Below are positions 1 to 10,626 of a DNA stretch of 64,000 bases, piece after piece. Each line of letters begins with the position of its first letter. The stretch's first letter is position 1. A program made the position numbers and the translations under genes. Below the pieces are notes generated by a model. It saw only the letters and a program-made list of their open reading frames with translations, was not told the origin of the DNA and ran no database searches. This DNA is from Candidatus Bathyarchaeota archaeon. GTDB taxonomy: Archaea; Thermoproteota; Bathyarchaeia; Bathyarchaeales; Bathycorpusculaceae. Where the stretch lies: the NCBI GenBank assembly GCA_963832745.1, contig CAWHVC010000001.1:96001-160000 (forward strand), in the 5' to 3' direction.

Positions 1-657
1 TACTACATCCAAGGCAAAAAAACACTAAGCCTCTACATCATCATGCAACTACAAATGATCCTTCCACTCGTAATGAAAGAAGCAGAAGCCTACTCAAGTG
101 CACTAAAAGCCTTCGCCAACGGTCAACCAATCGGAGACAGCGTTGGCCCACTAATCGCCGGAAAACTAATGCTCGGCTACGAAGCGCGCAAAGTCTACAA
201 AGACTGTGTAGTCGCAACAGTTCCAATTGAAGGACGCACTGCACTCATCATGAAAGCTGAAGGCCCAGGCGGAAACGTCGGCAAACCAGGCGACGCAATA
301 GAAACAGTCATTGAAGAAAACGAAGGTAAAATCGCGATGCTCGTCATGATTGATGCAGGCTTAAAGCTTGAAGGCGAAGGCGTAGGTGAAGTAGCAGAAG
401 GTATTGGCTCCGCAATCGGTGGCCCAGGCGTTGACGCATTCAAGATTGAAGAAAAACTAACAAAATACAAGATTCCAATAAACGCAATAATCGTTAAAGA
501 AGACATCGGCGACGCGGTTTCACCAATGCGCAAAGAAATTCATGACGCAGCAGACAAAGCAATCGAACGTGTGCGCGCATTAATCTTGGAACGCACTAAA
601 GAGGGCGATACAATCATCATCTTTGGTGTAGGTAACAGCATCGGAATAGGACAATAA
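1..657 (+). CDS. DUF1512 family archaeal membrane-associated protein (5'-partial)
   Basis: Frame open from base 1; PIGDSVGP, KAEGPGGNVG, IDAGLKLEGE and terminal GVGNSIGIGQ motifs typical of DUF1512. Confidence 0.85.
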   Translation, partial: YYIQGKKTLSLYIIMQLQMILPLVMKEAEAYSSALKAFANGQPIGDSVGPLIAGKLMLGYEARKVYKDCVVATVPIEGRTALIMKAEGPGGNVGKPGDAIETVIEENEGKIAMLVMIDAGLKLEGEGVGEVAEGIGSAIGGPGVDAFKIEEKLTKYKIPINAIIVKEDIGDAVSPMRKEIHDAADKAIERVRALILERTKEGDTIIIFGVGNSIGIGQ

Positions 658-671
658 AGGACGTGAAAAGA

Positions 672-1088
672 ATGACAACACAAAACCAAACTTCAACTGC
701 AAGCAAAATCTCAACTTACCTAATGTTCATAGTCCTAATTGTACTGGGACTATCCATTGTTGCCCTGTTTAGTGCAGTGTATGCATACACATTAGGCAAC
801 GACATTGCCGCCGGTTTCCTAGTAATAATCGGCGTTTTCGCGTTAGCCTTATCAGGCGCAGTCCTATACCAAACTAAACGGAGAACAGACACAATGAAAA
901 CTGAAGCACCAAAAGTCATGACAACCATTGAATGCAAAAAATGCGGGTCAAAAACTACCCGTGAATTCCAACGTGGCGACTATGTCTTCAAAGAACTCGA
1001 TGCTTGCCAAAAATGTCCAGACCAGAAACAAATGATAACTGGAATCTATAAAGAAATAAAAGAAAAAGAAAAAACCTATGCAGTTTAA
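672..1088 (+). CDS. Two-TM membrane protein with C-terminal zinc ribbon
   Basis: Two hydrophobic helices, then ECKKC...REFQRGDYVF...CQKC; directly follows DUF1512. Confidence 0.75.
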   Translation: MTTQNQTSTASKISTYLMFIVLIVLGLSIVALFSAVYAYTLGNDIAAGFLVIIGVFALALSGAVLYQTKRRTDTMKTEAPKVMTTIECKKCGSKTTREFQRGDYVFKELDACQKCPDQKQMITGIYKEIKEKEKTYAV

Positions 1089-1120
1089 AACTGCAAACCT
1101 TTTCTTTTTAGGTTCTTTTT

Positions 1121-2023
1121 TTAAGTTAAAACTTCGCATCCATCTTCTTTTATCAAAAGTGTATGTTCAGCTTGCGCGACTGGTTTTCTGCTTGCTTCAA
1201 CAAACACGGGGTAACTTGTTACAATTTTTGACTTCAAAAGTTCTTTGAACGCTTCCATATAATGTTCCTTTGGGACAACGCCGATTAGCCAACGTTCCGC
1301 AAACGGTAGAGTTCGGAAGTTGGTTTCGATGTGTTTCATTAATTGTTTGGCGTAACTGTTTTTTGTTGACTTTGCTCTGACTAAGCGGTAAATGGTGTTT
1401 TGTGGGCTGTCATCGACTCGGGCGATTGCGTCAGGTTGGGTGACGAAGGGTTCAATTGCGATGATTTCTCCAGTGTGCACCTTGGTCATTGAGAGGCTGG
1501 CTACATTAGGCATGCTTGGTGGGCCATGTATTAGGTATCTGCCTACTGAGTGGCCTGTTAGGTTGCTAATGGGTTTGAAGCCGCGGTTTCTGATGGTTGT
1601 TTCGATTATGCCGCCGATGCGTCCGGTGGATACGTCGTTGTGGATGTTGTCGATTGCTGCTTTTAGAGCGGTTTCAGCGGTTGTTATCATGCTTCTGCCT
1701 TCCGGGTTGAAGGACACAGTAAAGGCAGTGTCAGTTACGTAACCGTCAACATGTACTCCCATGTCAACTTTAACTGTTGACCCTGCTGGTATCGTGTTTT
1801 TGTCGCCTGGGGGCGAAGTGTAATGTGCCGCGACCTCATTTATGCTGACATTGCAGGGAAACGCTGGGAAACCGCCTTTTTCACGGATGAGTGCTTCAGC
1901 TTTTTCGCAGACGTCAATTATTGGCATGTTTTCTTTTACATAGCCGCGCATTTCTTCTCGGGCTTCTCGCAAAATTTTTCCTGATAAACGAAACTTTCCG
2001 AGTTCTTCCAAATCATACGACAT
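1121..2023 (-). CDS. map: Methionine aminopeptidase, type II
   Basis: AFPCNVSINEVAAHY, KVDMGVHVDGYVTDTA, NLTGH, AIEPF, AQAEHT; type II insertion present. Confidence 0.95.
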   Translation of the reverse strand: MSYDLEELGKFRLSGKILREAREEMRGYVKENMPIIDVCEKAEALIREKGGFPAFPCNVSINEVAAHYTSPPGDKNTIPAGSTVKVDMGVHVDGYVTDTAFTVSFNPEGRSMITTAETALKAAIDNIHNDVSTGRIGGIIETTIRNRGFKPISNLTGHSVGRYLIHGPPSMPNVASLSMTKVHTGEIIAIEPFVTQPDAIARVDDSPQNTIYRLVRAKSTKNSYAKQLMKHIETNFRTLPFAERWLIGVVPKEHYMEAFKELLKSKIVTSYPVFVEASRKPVAQAEHTLLIKEDGCEVLT

Positions 2024-2287
2024 ACAAATGACACTTCGAATAAAAATTCAGTATGTATTTGAGGCTTAAATGCGTTGGCACTTTTATTTTGTTTTTTAAG
2101 GTTTTTCTTTTATAGGTTGGTTTGTCAGCGACTGTTTTTTAGGGGTATTACTTGTTAACGTTGCTGGCTTGTTGATGTTTGGGGCTTCGTTTTGTCGCAA
2201 TTGAATCCATCCTATCACATAGCTGTATATGAATTAAATCCAACTTTGATTTGACCTCAAAATTTTAAATCAAGAGGTATAAGAAGA

Positions 2288-3391
2288 ATGGAGAAAAAAA
2301 TTTTAGCAATATTTTCGATTGTAGTAGCAGTTTTGGCAGCTGTCTCAATGACGGGAACTCTTGTTAACGCGCAATCTAACACCGTCGGTGCAGTCTTCAC
2401 AATTGATAATTCTGCAAACGGTAATAACGTTTGGAGCTTTAACCGAATGTCTGATGGCAGTCTTAAGCTTGAGGGCAATTTTTCAACAAAAGGTAACGGT
2501 ACAGGCGCTAATTTGGGTAGTCAAGGCGCGGTTACTCTTTCTCAGGATGGCAAATGGCTTGTTGTTGTGGATGCAGGTAGCAACGAAATTACCTTGTTTA
2601 TGGTGAATGGGTCTTCGTTGACTTTTGCAGATAAACAAAGTTCTCATGGCATGACCCCGATTAGTGTTACTGTGAACGGCAGTTGGGTTTATGTGCTTAA
2701 CAATGGTACCGCAAGTACCCCGCCCAACATTGCAGGCTTTAAGATTAACCAGACTTCAGGAAACATGACCTATATTGCAGGCTCTAACCAGTCACTGAGC
2801 GGAGCAGTTGGTAGTTCACCCGAACAAATCGGTTTTAACCCTAACGGTACAGTTCTTGTGGTAACTGAGAAAGCCGCAAACATGACGGATGTTTTCACTG
2901 TCAATTCCAATGGCACAGCTAGCACAGCCATGAATATGACTTCTCTTAGTCCAGGACCATATGGTTTCGCATTTACAAACAGCAGTGTTCTTGTTTTAAG
3001 TGAGGCAGTACTTGGTACAGTTTCATCTTTTGCAGTGTCGAGTAATGGTACAATGCGGATTCTTAGCGGTTCAATTCCAAGTTTTAGTACTGCGCCCTGC
3101 TGGGTGGTAGTAACTGGTAATGGCCAATATGCATACATTGGTAACGGAGGCGGAACAATTTCTTCCTACATGATTTCAAATAATGGCATGTTGACCCTTC
3201 AAAGTTCAATAGCGGCCAAACTTGATAAGCCAACACTTGACTTAGCATTGAGCAACGACAGCAGCTATCTTTACTCGTTAAACGGCAACTTTAGCATAAC
3301 TGGCTTTAAGGTTTACCAAGATGGTAGCATCTGGCAAATAGGCAAAATCAGTGGACTTCCCCCATCAGCAACTGGATTAGCTGCAACTTAA
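2288..3391 (+). CDS. Secreted lactonase-family 7-bladed beta-propeller protein (6-phosphogluconolactonase-like fold)
   Basis: Signal peptide; repeated blades (NAGSNEIT-like, PISVTV, APCWVVVT); Asn/Ser-rich. Confidence 0.8.
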   Translation: MEKKILAIFSIVVAVLAAVSMTGTLVNAQSNTVGAVFTIDNSANGNNVWSFNRMSDGSLKLEGNFSTKGNGTGANLGSQGAVTLSQDGKWLVVVDAGSNEITLFMVNGSSLTFADKQSSHGMTPISVTVNGSWVYVLNNGTASTPPNIAGFKINQTSGNMTYIAGSNQSLSGAVGSSPEQIGFNPNGTVLVVTEKAANMTDVFTVNSNGTASTAMNMTSLSPGPYGFAFTNSSVLVLSEAVLGTVSSFAVSSNGTMRILSGSIPSFSTAPCWVVVTGNGQYAYIGNGGGTISSYMISNNGMLTLQSSIAAKLDKPTLDLALSNDSSYLYSLNGNFSITGFKVYQDGSIWQIGKISGLPPSATGLAAT

Positions 3392-3453
3392 AAATCGTCA
3401 ACAACAACCAAATCACCCTTTTCTTTATTTTAGAAAAAAATTAGCACTATCAT

Positions 3454-3500
3454 CTACCCCCATAATGTTTTAACATTGAACCACTAATATATCCCAATAG
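3454..3500 (-). repeat. Degenerate copy of dispersed intergenic repeat (module Y)
   Basis: ctacccccataatgttttaacattgaaccactaata aligns with ctaccccctataggtttcaacatagaacctctaata at 40977-41012. Confidence 0.6.
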
Positions 3501-3639
3501 CCTGTAAATTCGTTTGTCTAGAATTATGCTCTAATCAAATTTGGGTACTATTGCCCTAAAACCCAAATGGTACAAACTAAAAAGTAGGTCGACAGCCAAC
3601 GATGCAAAAAATTTTGTGAATAAAGTAATTGCCTCTATC

Positions 3640-3912
3640 TTATTCGTCAAGGCTTTTTTGTTGTACTTCATAAAATTCGGAAGTGCATGCTTCAGAACAA
3701 CATTGAACTTTACGCCTTTTAGTGGTATGTCTATCCGGTGCAATTAATGAATCAGAAACGTTAGTTATTAAACCTCTTAACGGTTTTTTGCATGTCGGAC
3801 AAACAAGGTTTCCATCTTTATCGAATTGTTCTCGCTCTACAATATCTTTAACTGGACTTTTGTTAGTAATTGCGTTCATTTTTTTGTTGTTTGCTTTTTC
3901 TTGTTTCCACAT
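3640..3912 (-). CDS. Small Cys-rich hypothetical protein (CxxC...CxxxC, TRASH/zinc-finger-like)
   Basis: CPTC and CCSEAC motifs; start uncertain. Confidence 0.5.
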   Translation of the reverse strand: MWKQEKANNKKMNAITNKSPVKDIVEREQFDKDGNLVCPTCKKPLRGLITNVSDSLIAPDRHTTKRRKVQCCSEACTSEFYEVQQKSLDE

Positions 3913-4145
3913 ACAAATTACGCTTTCACTATAGTAAGCGTACTATAAGTGTATAATAACAAAAATATCCTTTCTTAACTCTATTCTGCGTCAAATCCTT
4001 GTTCTGCTTTATCGCCACCGCAACGAAAGCTTAGAATGGAAGACTCCCTGCTTGCAAAGTACACCTTTTATGGAGTAAGCATGAATTTACAATGTAGCTA
4101 TTTATAACTGTCCTTAACCAAAGATATGAATAGCGAAACTTTTCG

Positions 4146-4418
4146 ATGACAGAGGATAAAGTGACAATTATGCAATTAGCAGAAGTTGCTATCTTATTGA
4201 GGGAAATTGTGGATAGATGCCCCGGTTTAGACGGTAGTATTTTCACGTTACTGCCGCAAAAGGCTAAGCCAACCTTTAGGGGCTATCATATAAATATTAA
4301 AGGAACTTTTTCGAAGGAAGATATCGGTGGCTTGAGAAGAATAGTTGAAGGGCATGATTTAGTGATGGACATTAAAGCTGATTTTATTTTAATCTATGAA
4401 ACTAGAGGTTACCGCTAA
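4146..4418 (+). CDS. Hypothetical protein
   Basis: 90-aa ATG ORF with protein-like composition; TTTATAA upstream. Confidence 0.55.
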   Translation: MTEDKVTIMQLAEVAILLREIVDRCPGLDGSIFTLLPQKAKPTFRGYHINIKGTFSKEDIGGLRRIVEGHDLVMDIKADFILIYETRGYR

Positions 4419-4621
4419 TTTCTTTCCATGTAATCAATAAAATCCATGAAGTCCCCGATTGATTGGCTAATATCTTATCACTAACTTTTCCTGTTCTTTC
4501 CTATCGTCTTGGTAACTATAATTTTTTTGGCAATTTTCGGTTAGTTTGATGATTAGAAAGGGGCTGATTTTTTGAAAGAGTTTTTAAGTGTTTGTTTGTT
4601 TACTTTTATTAGGCGTTTTTT

Positions 4622-4903
4622 ATGGCTCAAAATTTTGATCTTGAAGATTTTAACATGATTGATATGAACGCAAAAAAGGTTCTCGAAGCTCTATCAGAGT
4701 TTGATAAAGGGGAACTAGTGAAAGGTGAATTATTACACAAGAAAACAGGCTTTATTCCTCAAGACATTAATGATGCCATTAGAAGTCTGGCAAAGTCATT
4801 GCTAGTTAACATACCTGATGCTTTGAGGGATTCACCGCCTTATAATTTCTATTCAGTAGAAATTACGGATTTTGGAAGGCAAGTTTTAGAGCAATTTGGC
4901 TAA
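4622..4903 (+). CDS. Small winged-helix-like hypothetical protein
   Basis: Helix pattern followed by 'VEITDFGRQVLE' wing-helix signature. Confidence 0.6.
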   Translation: MAQNFDLEDFNMIDMNAKKVLEALSEFDKGELVKGELLHKKTGFIPQDINDAIRSLAKSLLVNIPDALRDSPPYNFYSVEITDFGRQVLEQFG

Positions 4904-5047
4904 GAATCCGCAAGTAAAATAGGGCTTGACCGAGCTTAGTGCAGGCTTATCCTACGGGACGATATTTACTGAAAAAACTGCTATAATCCAATATAGTTAA
5001 AAGCCTTGGTTAACAGGTTACTGAATAAAGTTATTCAGGTTTTTACA

Positions 5048-5398
5048 TTGTCTCAAGCCAAAGTTGTATTAGGAAAAACTTACTCGCTTCTTGTAAGAGT
5101 GGTTGATTTTCAAAGAAATAAACCCGTAAAGAACGTGAACGTAAAAGTTTCTAGTTTGATTACGGAAGGAATACCGCCTGAGCAATGGGCTGAAAATCTA
5201 AAAAATGGGTCTCCGTTTAAAAGCTTAATTCTCTCCATTAGTACTGATGATAATGGTGTTGCAACCGCTGAGCTTCCAGAGGGTGCTTATGAGGCCAAGG
5301 TCGAACAATACAATTTAAGTAAGAACTTCGATTTAACGCAAAATGTCGAAATTCTATTTACTCAACCAAAAAAGTTGCATTGGTGGCAAAGATCTTAA
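5048..5398 (+). CDS. Hypothetical protein, carboxypeptidase-regulatory/Ig-like beta-sandwich
   Basis: VRVVD..KPVKNVNV..TDDNGVA..LPEGAY pattern; TTG start assumed. Confidence 0.55.
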   Translation: MSQAKVVLGKTYSLLVRVVDFQRNKPVKNVNVKVSSLITEGIPPEQWAENLKNGSPFKSLILSISTDDNGVATAELPEGAYEAKVEQYNLSKNFDLTQNVEILFTQPKKLHWWQRS

Positions 5399-5546
5399 TC
5401 TCTCTCGCTGTGTTGTTTAATTATCAAAAATTTGTACAAACGTTTTTTTCTTTGACCCTGAATCATTCAGGCAAAGGAAACAGGCTAAAAAGTATGAAAG
5501 AAAAGTTAATTTGCTTGTACAATTGATTTTATTTTAGTGCTTTTAG

Positions 5547-6026
5547 TTGGAAAAAACAGGATTTGGTACACTCGAAGTTGTTCAGCATGTGGAACTTGAT
5601 AAATACTTAGGAAAATGGTTTGAAATTGCACATCTTCCCGCAAAATTTCAAGAAGGCTGTTCTGAGACAACAGCAACCTACACTTTATCCAAGGATGGAA
5701 ACATATCCGTCCTCAACGAGTGCCGAAGAGACGGAAAGCTAAAACAGTCAAAGGGCAAAGCAAAAGTTGTTGATAGAATAACTAATGCAAAACTTAAAGT
5801 GACGTTTTTTTGGCCGTTTTATGGTGACTATTGGATTATAAAATTGGGGGCTGATTATGGTTATGCTGTTGTAGGTACACCAAACCGCAAGTATCTGTGG
5901 GTATTAAGCAGAACACCTAAGATGGATGAAAAGCTGTTTTCAGAAATAATAGAGTTTTCAAAATCAAAAGGGTTTGATTTAAAAAACCTGATTAAAACTG
6001 TTCACCAAAACCTGCAAAATTTGTAA
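5547..6026 (+). CDS. blc: Lipocalin, Blc-like
   Basis: KYLGKWFEIA, KLKVTFFWPFYGDYWI, YLWVLSRTP lipocalin motifs; no lipoprotein signal. Confidence 0.9.
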   Translation: MEKTGFGTLEVVQHVELDKYLGKWFEIAHLPAKFQEGCSETTATYTLSKDGNISVLNECRRDGKLKQSKGKAKVVDRITNAKLKVTFFWPFYGDYWIIKLGADYGYAVVGTPNRKYLWVLSRTPKMDEKLFSEIIEFSKSKGFDLKNLIKTVHQNLQNL

Positions 6027-6088
6027 AAGCTTTATGGTTGCAGGTTTTTGGTGAAACTTTTTTAATGGAAAGTGTTTACCACCTAAAT

Positions 6089-6805
6089 ATGGGACGATTT
6101 AGAAATATTTTCACTTTGCTTCTTGTTCTGACATTAGGATTCTCAACTTTAATCGCAATTGAATTTGCACATGCTCAATCAATACCTACGCCATCTATCC
6201 CAGAATTCACTGTGAAAATTATTTCTTCAACAGACAGCCATTTTGCTAACAAAACAATCGAGTTATCAATTAAAAACCAGCCTCCTGTCCCTGATAACGG
6301 TTCTTTCTATAATGTCCGCGTTAGAGTTAATAACGGAAATTGGAGCGTTCTTTACCCTGATAATGAAGTTCCAATTCAATCAAACGGTGAATACACCATT
6401 TTATCTTACCCTTCCGAACAACCTAACGTTGAATATCAATATCATATGGGCCATACTATGCAAAACCTGTTTCCCGGCGATAAAATCGACTTTCAAGTCC
6501 AAATAATGATTGGCGGAATTTACCGGGGTTCTAATCCCAACGCAACAAACCAGATAGACATGTACCCTTACGTCTTTATTGGTGAAAAAAGCGGCTGGAG
6601 CAACACGCAAACCCTAATCATGCCATCTGCCTCTGCTTCTCCAAGCCCCAGCGTTCCAGAGTTTTCCATGGCTGCCCTTGTGCTTTTATTGGTTGCTGTG
6701 CCTTTGCTATTCGCTACATTTTGGCGAAAGCATCATAAAAAGATAAATCTGCATGCAAAGGCCTGGTTAATCTTAAATAGCTCTTTCAACGTCAAATTAG
6801 CGTAA
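6089..6805 (+). CDS. Secreted surface protein with PEF-CTERM-like sorting signal
   Basis: Signal peptide; C-terminal SP-rich linker, VPEF, TM helix, basic tail (RKHHKK). Confidence 0.7.
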   Translation: MGRFRNIFTLLLVLTLGFSTLIAIEFAHAQSIPTPSIPEFTVKIISSTDSHFANKTIELSIKNQPPVPDNGSFYNVRVRVNNGNWSVLYPDNEVPIQSNGEYTILSYPSEQPNVEYQYHMGHTMQNLFPGDKIDFQVQIMIGGIYRGSNPNATNQIDMYPYVFIGEKSGWSNTQTLIMPSASASPSPSVPEFSMAALVLLLVAVPLLFATFWRKHHKKINLHAKAWLILNSSFNVKLA

Positions 6806-6816
6806 AGAGGCTAGTT

Positions 6817-7053
6817 ATGCGTGTTGGAGTTTGCGGTATATCCTGCGAGAAATGCCCCAAAATGCAAGCAGGAACCTGCCCAAACGGCATCGTCGGCTGC
6901 GTGCCCAGAGAGAACAAGTTTTGTCAAATCTGCAACTGCGCCTACACTAAAGGTGTCAAATTGTGTTTTGAATGCAAAGAATTCCCCTGTGAAACTACCA
7001 AGATGGGGCCTATTAGTTATGGTTACTGCCAATACCTCACTGGCAAACAGTAA
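6817..7053 (+). CDS. Small Cys-rich protein, DUF3795-like
   Basis: CGISCEKCP...C..GC...CQICNCA...CFECKEFPC pattern. Confidence 0.8.
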   Translation: MRVGVCGISCEKCPKMQAGTCPNGIVGCVPRENKFCQICNCAYTKGVKLCFECKEFPCETTKMGPISYGYCQYLTGKQ

Positions 7054-7116
7054 ATTATGTTTGTTTCAGGTTTTTGTTAGGGATTAGTTTTATGTTTCTG
7101 TTTGTAACTGAATAAT

Positions 7117-8067
7117 TTGGAGTGGACCAATTTTATCAAAGAAGCCAGAGAAGTCCTCATAAAAGCAACCAAATTGACTAAAAAATACGAAAATTTTGTT
7201 GCTGTTGATGAAATAGATTTTGAAGTCTACAGAGGTGAATGCGTAGGCTTCCTTGGTCCAAATGGCGCAGGAAAAACCACCACCGTGCGTATGATGTACT
7301 GTTTTCTGCCTCCAACCAGCGGCGAATTAACCCTTGCAGGCTTAAGCGTCCGTGACAAGTGCCGGGAAATCAAAAGTCTTGTCAGCGTCGCCCCACAAGA
7401 GGACAATCTTGATCCAGACTTTACAGTCATAAAAAACCTCACGGTTTACGCCCGCTACTTTGACATTCCAAAAGACGAAGCTTTGCGACGTGCTGAGGAG
7501 CAACTCAAGTTTTTCCAGCTTCAAGAAAAACGGGACGTGCCAATTGCAGCTTTATCGACTGGTATGAAGAGGCGACTGATTTTTGCCCGGGCATTAATGA
7601 ATAAACCGCAGATTCTGCTTTTAGATGAACCTACTGTTGGTCTTGACCCGCAGGCAAGGCATCTTGTTTGGAACGAAGTGCGTCAACTCAAAAAAATGCA
7701 AGTAACCATAATCCTTACAACTCATTACATGGATGAAGCTGAAGTCCTATGCGACCGCATCATAATTGTTAATCATGGAAAAATTATTGAAGATGGCAAA
7801 CCTGCTGATTTAATCAAAAAACATATCGGTGAAGACGTGCTTGAACTTGACTGCGACGAGGATTTGATTCCGCTTCTTAAGCAGACTTTTCCTGATGCAC
7901 GAATCGAAAAGCTTGGTGAACGCATGCAAGTTTTCACCTCGAAACCTCACGGCGTTTTTGAAGGGTTCCTGCGTGAACATGAGATAAAGAACGTTACTCT
8001 TCGTAAGGCTAATCTTGAAGATGTGTTCCTGAAATTAACCGGTAGGGGGCTTGGCGTAAATGACTGA
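7117..8067 (+). CDS. ABC-2 exporter ATP-binding subunit (NodI/DrrA-like)
   Basis: GPNGAGKT, LSTGMKRR, LLLDEP, THYMDEA. Confidence 0.92.
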   Translation: MEWTNFIKEAREVLIKATKLTKKYENFVAVDEIDFEVYRGECVGFLGPNGAGKTTTVRMMYCFLPPTSGELTLAGLSVRDKCREIKSLVSVAPQEDNLDPDFTVIKNLTVYARYFDIPKDEALRRAEEQLKFFQLQEKRDVPIAALSTGMKRRLIFARALMNKPQILLLDEPTVGLDPQARHLVWNEVRQLKKMQVTIILTTHYMDEAEVLCDRIIIVNHGKIIEDGKPADLIKKHIGEDVLELDCDEDLIPLLKQTFPDARIEKLGERMQVFTSKPHGVFEGFLREHEIKNVTLRKANLEDVFLKLTGRGLGVND

Positions 8068-8911
8068 AGTAAACATTCGCAAGTCACCTGCCAAATTCAG
8101 CATACCCCAAATTTCTTATCGCGTCTGGAAAGTTTGGCGCAGAAACGCTGACGTGTTTATGAAAACTATTGGCGTTAACTTTTTGCCTTCCCTGCTTGAA
8201 CCCATAATTTACCTTTTCGCTTTCGGGTTCGGTTTAGGTGGATTCATACCAGAAATCAACGGGCAACCCTACATCAACTTTATCGCGCCAGCGTTGATTG
8301 CGATTTCGTTGATGAATGGCTCCTTCTTTGAATGTACTTACGGCTCTTTTGTGCGTATGTATTACCAAAAAACTTTTGACGCCATAGTGGCCACGCCGAT
8401 TAGTGTCGAAGAAGTTATGGCTGGCGAACTGCTTTGGGGCGCCACACGTGCCACGATAAACGCTACGATTGTGCTTGCGGTCATTGCGGTTTCTGGCCTT
8501 TTTGTTTCCCAACCGTTAATCACAAGCCCCTTGTTCTTGTTGGTGCCCGTGATTGCATTCTTCGGCGGTTTAATGTTTTCAGGAATCGCCATGTGCTTTA
8601 CCGCGCTTGCGCCAAACATCGACTTTTTTAATTACCCAATATTCCTTTTCATAACGCCAATGCTGTTCTTAAGCGGAACATTCTTTCCCCTTTCGTCGCT
8701 TCCTGAAGCTGCACAAGGATTAGCTTTAGCGGTTTTGCCCTTAACGCAGGTTGTTAACTTGACCCGTGGCGCTGTTTCAGGTTCAACTGAGGTCTTGTTG
8801 GGGCTTAATACTCAAACCTTGATTCCGTTAAGCCTTGTTTGGGTTGCCGTTATCATGGTTGTGTTCTTCATAGTCAGCATTAATTTGATGAAGAAGCGTT
8901 TAATCCGCTAA
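8060..8911 (+). CDS. ABC-2 exporter permease (NodJ-like)
   Basis: LLEPIIYL, FECTYGSFVRM, FLSGTFFP; overlaps the ATPase stop. Confidence 0.9.
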   Translation: MTEVNIRKSPAKFSIPQISYRVWKVWRRNADVFMKTIGVNFLPSLLEPIIYLFAFGFGLGGFIPEINGQPYINFIAPALIAISLMNGSFFECTYGSFVRMYYQKTFDAIVATPISVEEVMAGELLWGATRATINATIVLAVIAVSGLFVSQPLITSPLFLLVPVIAFFGGLMFSGIAMCFTALAPNIDFFNYPIFLFITPMLFLSGTFFPLSSLPEAAQGLALAVLPLTQVVNLTRGAVSGSTEVLLGLNTQTLIPLSLVWVAVIMVVFFIVSINLMKKRLIR

Positions 8912-8913
8912 AA

Positions 8914-9834
8914 TTAAAGCGTGATATCGTTTACTTCGGCTGCCATTAGGTAAAACGCGGCTAACCCTTTCCAATTACCCCAAGGCTCCGCAATTTTCCG
9001 TGCCTCTTCCGCATTTATTTGCTTTTTTTCACAGTAATAACGTGAAATAACTCGACGAATTCCCAAGTCATCCGCGGGCAAAGCATCAAACTTGTGCATG
9101 CCCCTAAGCATCGTTAACTCTGCACTCCAAACGCCTATTCCTCGAATTGCATCCAACTCTACAATAATGTCCTCAGGCTTCTTTTCTGCTATATGTTCAA
9201 TGTCTAGTTTGCCATCAACGATGAGTTGGGCGGCTCCATTAATATAATCGGCTTTACGTTGGCTTAACCCAGTTTGGCGGATTTCGTCTGCTTCTGCCTT
9301 AGCCAACGCGTTGGGTGTTGGAAAAGCAAAAAACGTTCCATCTTCAAGGTGCAGTTGGTCTCCAAATTTTAGTGCTAACCGCTCTTCGATGCTGCGGGCT
9401 ACCTTGATGGATATCTGCTGCTCCACGATAGAGTACACAAGTGCCTCAAAAACCGTTGCTGTTGTTGGAAATTTAAGTCCGTACAGTTTTTGGGTTATCT
9501 GTGTCATGATTGGGTCTGCTTGTACTTGCTTGTAGAAGTCTTTAAGCGGCAAGTCGATGTTGGAAATGTAGTTGATGATTTCTTGAGTTTTTTGAATTTG
9601 GCTGCTTGAAAGGGGCGCGTCCGTTTGCAGTTCAAGCGACAATTGCGGTTTATCTACTTGCCCGTTTGAGGAAAGTTTTACCAGAACCAGTTTGCCGTCG
9701 ACATTTACGACCTGTGAGAAGACGCCGTCACGAAAGCTTCGAACTTTTATATCTCCGTAAGATAAAATTTTGGAACTTAAAGCAAAATCAAATGGCGCTA
9801 CTGGTTCAATCGTCTTTTTTTCGCTGAACGTCAA
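8914..9834 (-). CDS. alkA: DNA-3-methyladenine glycosylase II (HhH-GPD)
   Basis: FEALVYSIVEQQIS, FPTP, IRGIGVWSAE HhH, PADDLGI, W+G+AA+YL. Confidence 0.9.
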   Translation of the reverse strand: MTFSEKKTIEPVAPFDFALSSKILSYGDIKVRSFRDGVFSQVVNVDGKLVLVKLSSNGQVDKPQLSLELQTDAPLSSSQIQKTQEIINYISNIDLPLKDFYKQVQADPIMTQITQKLYGLKFPTTATVFEALVYSIVEQQISIKVARSIEERLALKFGDQLHLEDGTFFAFPTPNALAKAEADEIRQTGLSQRKADYINGAAQLIVDGKLDIEHIAEKKPEDIIVELDAIRGIGVWSAELTMLRGMHKFDALPADDLGIRRVISRYYCEKKQINAEEARKIAEPWGNWKGLAAFYLMAAEVNDITL

Positions 9835-9947
9835 GCTTTTTCCTCTTTTTCTTTAAAGAGGCGCTTGTAGTTAAGAATGTTTACGGTTCAATGTTACGAT
9901 TAGATTTTTAACCATCAAGGTTGGTATTGAATACAAGAGTGGGCTTA

Positions 9948-10626
9948 ATGACGCGTTTAGTTGTTCGAATTGGAGGCTCCGTTGTAGCTTCACCTGTTAA
10001 CACTGACCTAATGGGCAAATACGCCGACCTTTTACGCCAGATTAAACTGCAGGGACATGAGGTTGCTGTAGTCGTAGGCGGTGGAACTCTTGCCCGTGAA
10101 TTCATAGGAATCGCCAAAAACTTGGGACTCGAAGCCCCCGCACAGGACCGCATAGCCATATCTGTTTCGCGATTGTATGCGCAGTTGTTCATGGAGAAAC
10201 TGGGGGATTTGAGTTGCGGTAAAGTATCAACCTCGCTTGACGAAGCGGCGGAATGCTTTTCACAGGGAAAAATCGTGGTCATGGGGGGTTTAAAACCTGG
10301 ACACACAACTGATACAGTAGGCGCATTGGTGGCTGAACGGTTAAATGCGGATTTGCTGGTTAAAGGCACTGACCAGGAAGGTGTCTATACCAAAGACCCC
10401 CGTAAGTTCCCTGACGCAGTAAAATTGGACAAGATGACGTTCGATGATTTGGCGCAGGGTGCTTGAGTACGGCGAGCATAAGGTGGGGATTCATCAGGTG
10501 ATTGACCCAATGGCTATTGAGGTCTTAAAACGCAAAAACATGAAGTTGATTGTGTTTAACGGGTTTAAACCTGAAAACCTGCATCATGCGGCTGAAGGCA
10601 AAAACGTCGGCACAGCCATAAACTAA
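9948..10626 (+). CDS. pyrH: Archaeal UMP kinase, split by +1 G at 10457-10459 (probable sequencing error)
   Basis: RIGGS, VVGGG.LAR, MGGLKPGHTTD, GVYTKDP; second frame continues VLEYGEH..VIDPMA..VGT. Confidence 0.9.

Noticed and set aside
10444-10466. Programmed frameshifting in pyrH or the hydrogenase L/M subunits
   Set aside because: No slippery heptamers; shifts are scattered across unrelated genes, consistent with indel errors
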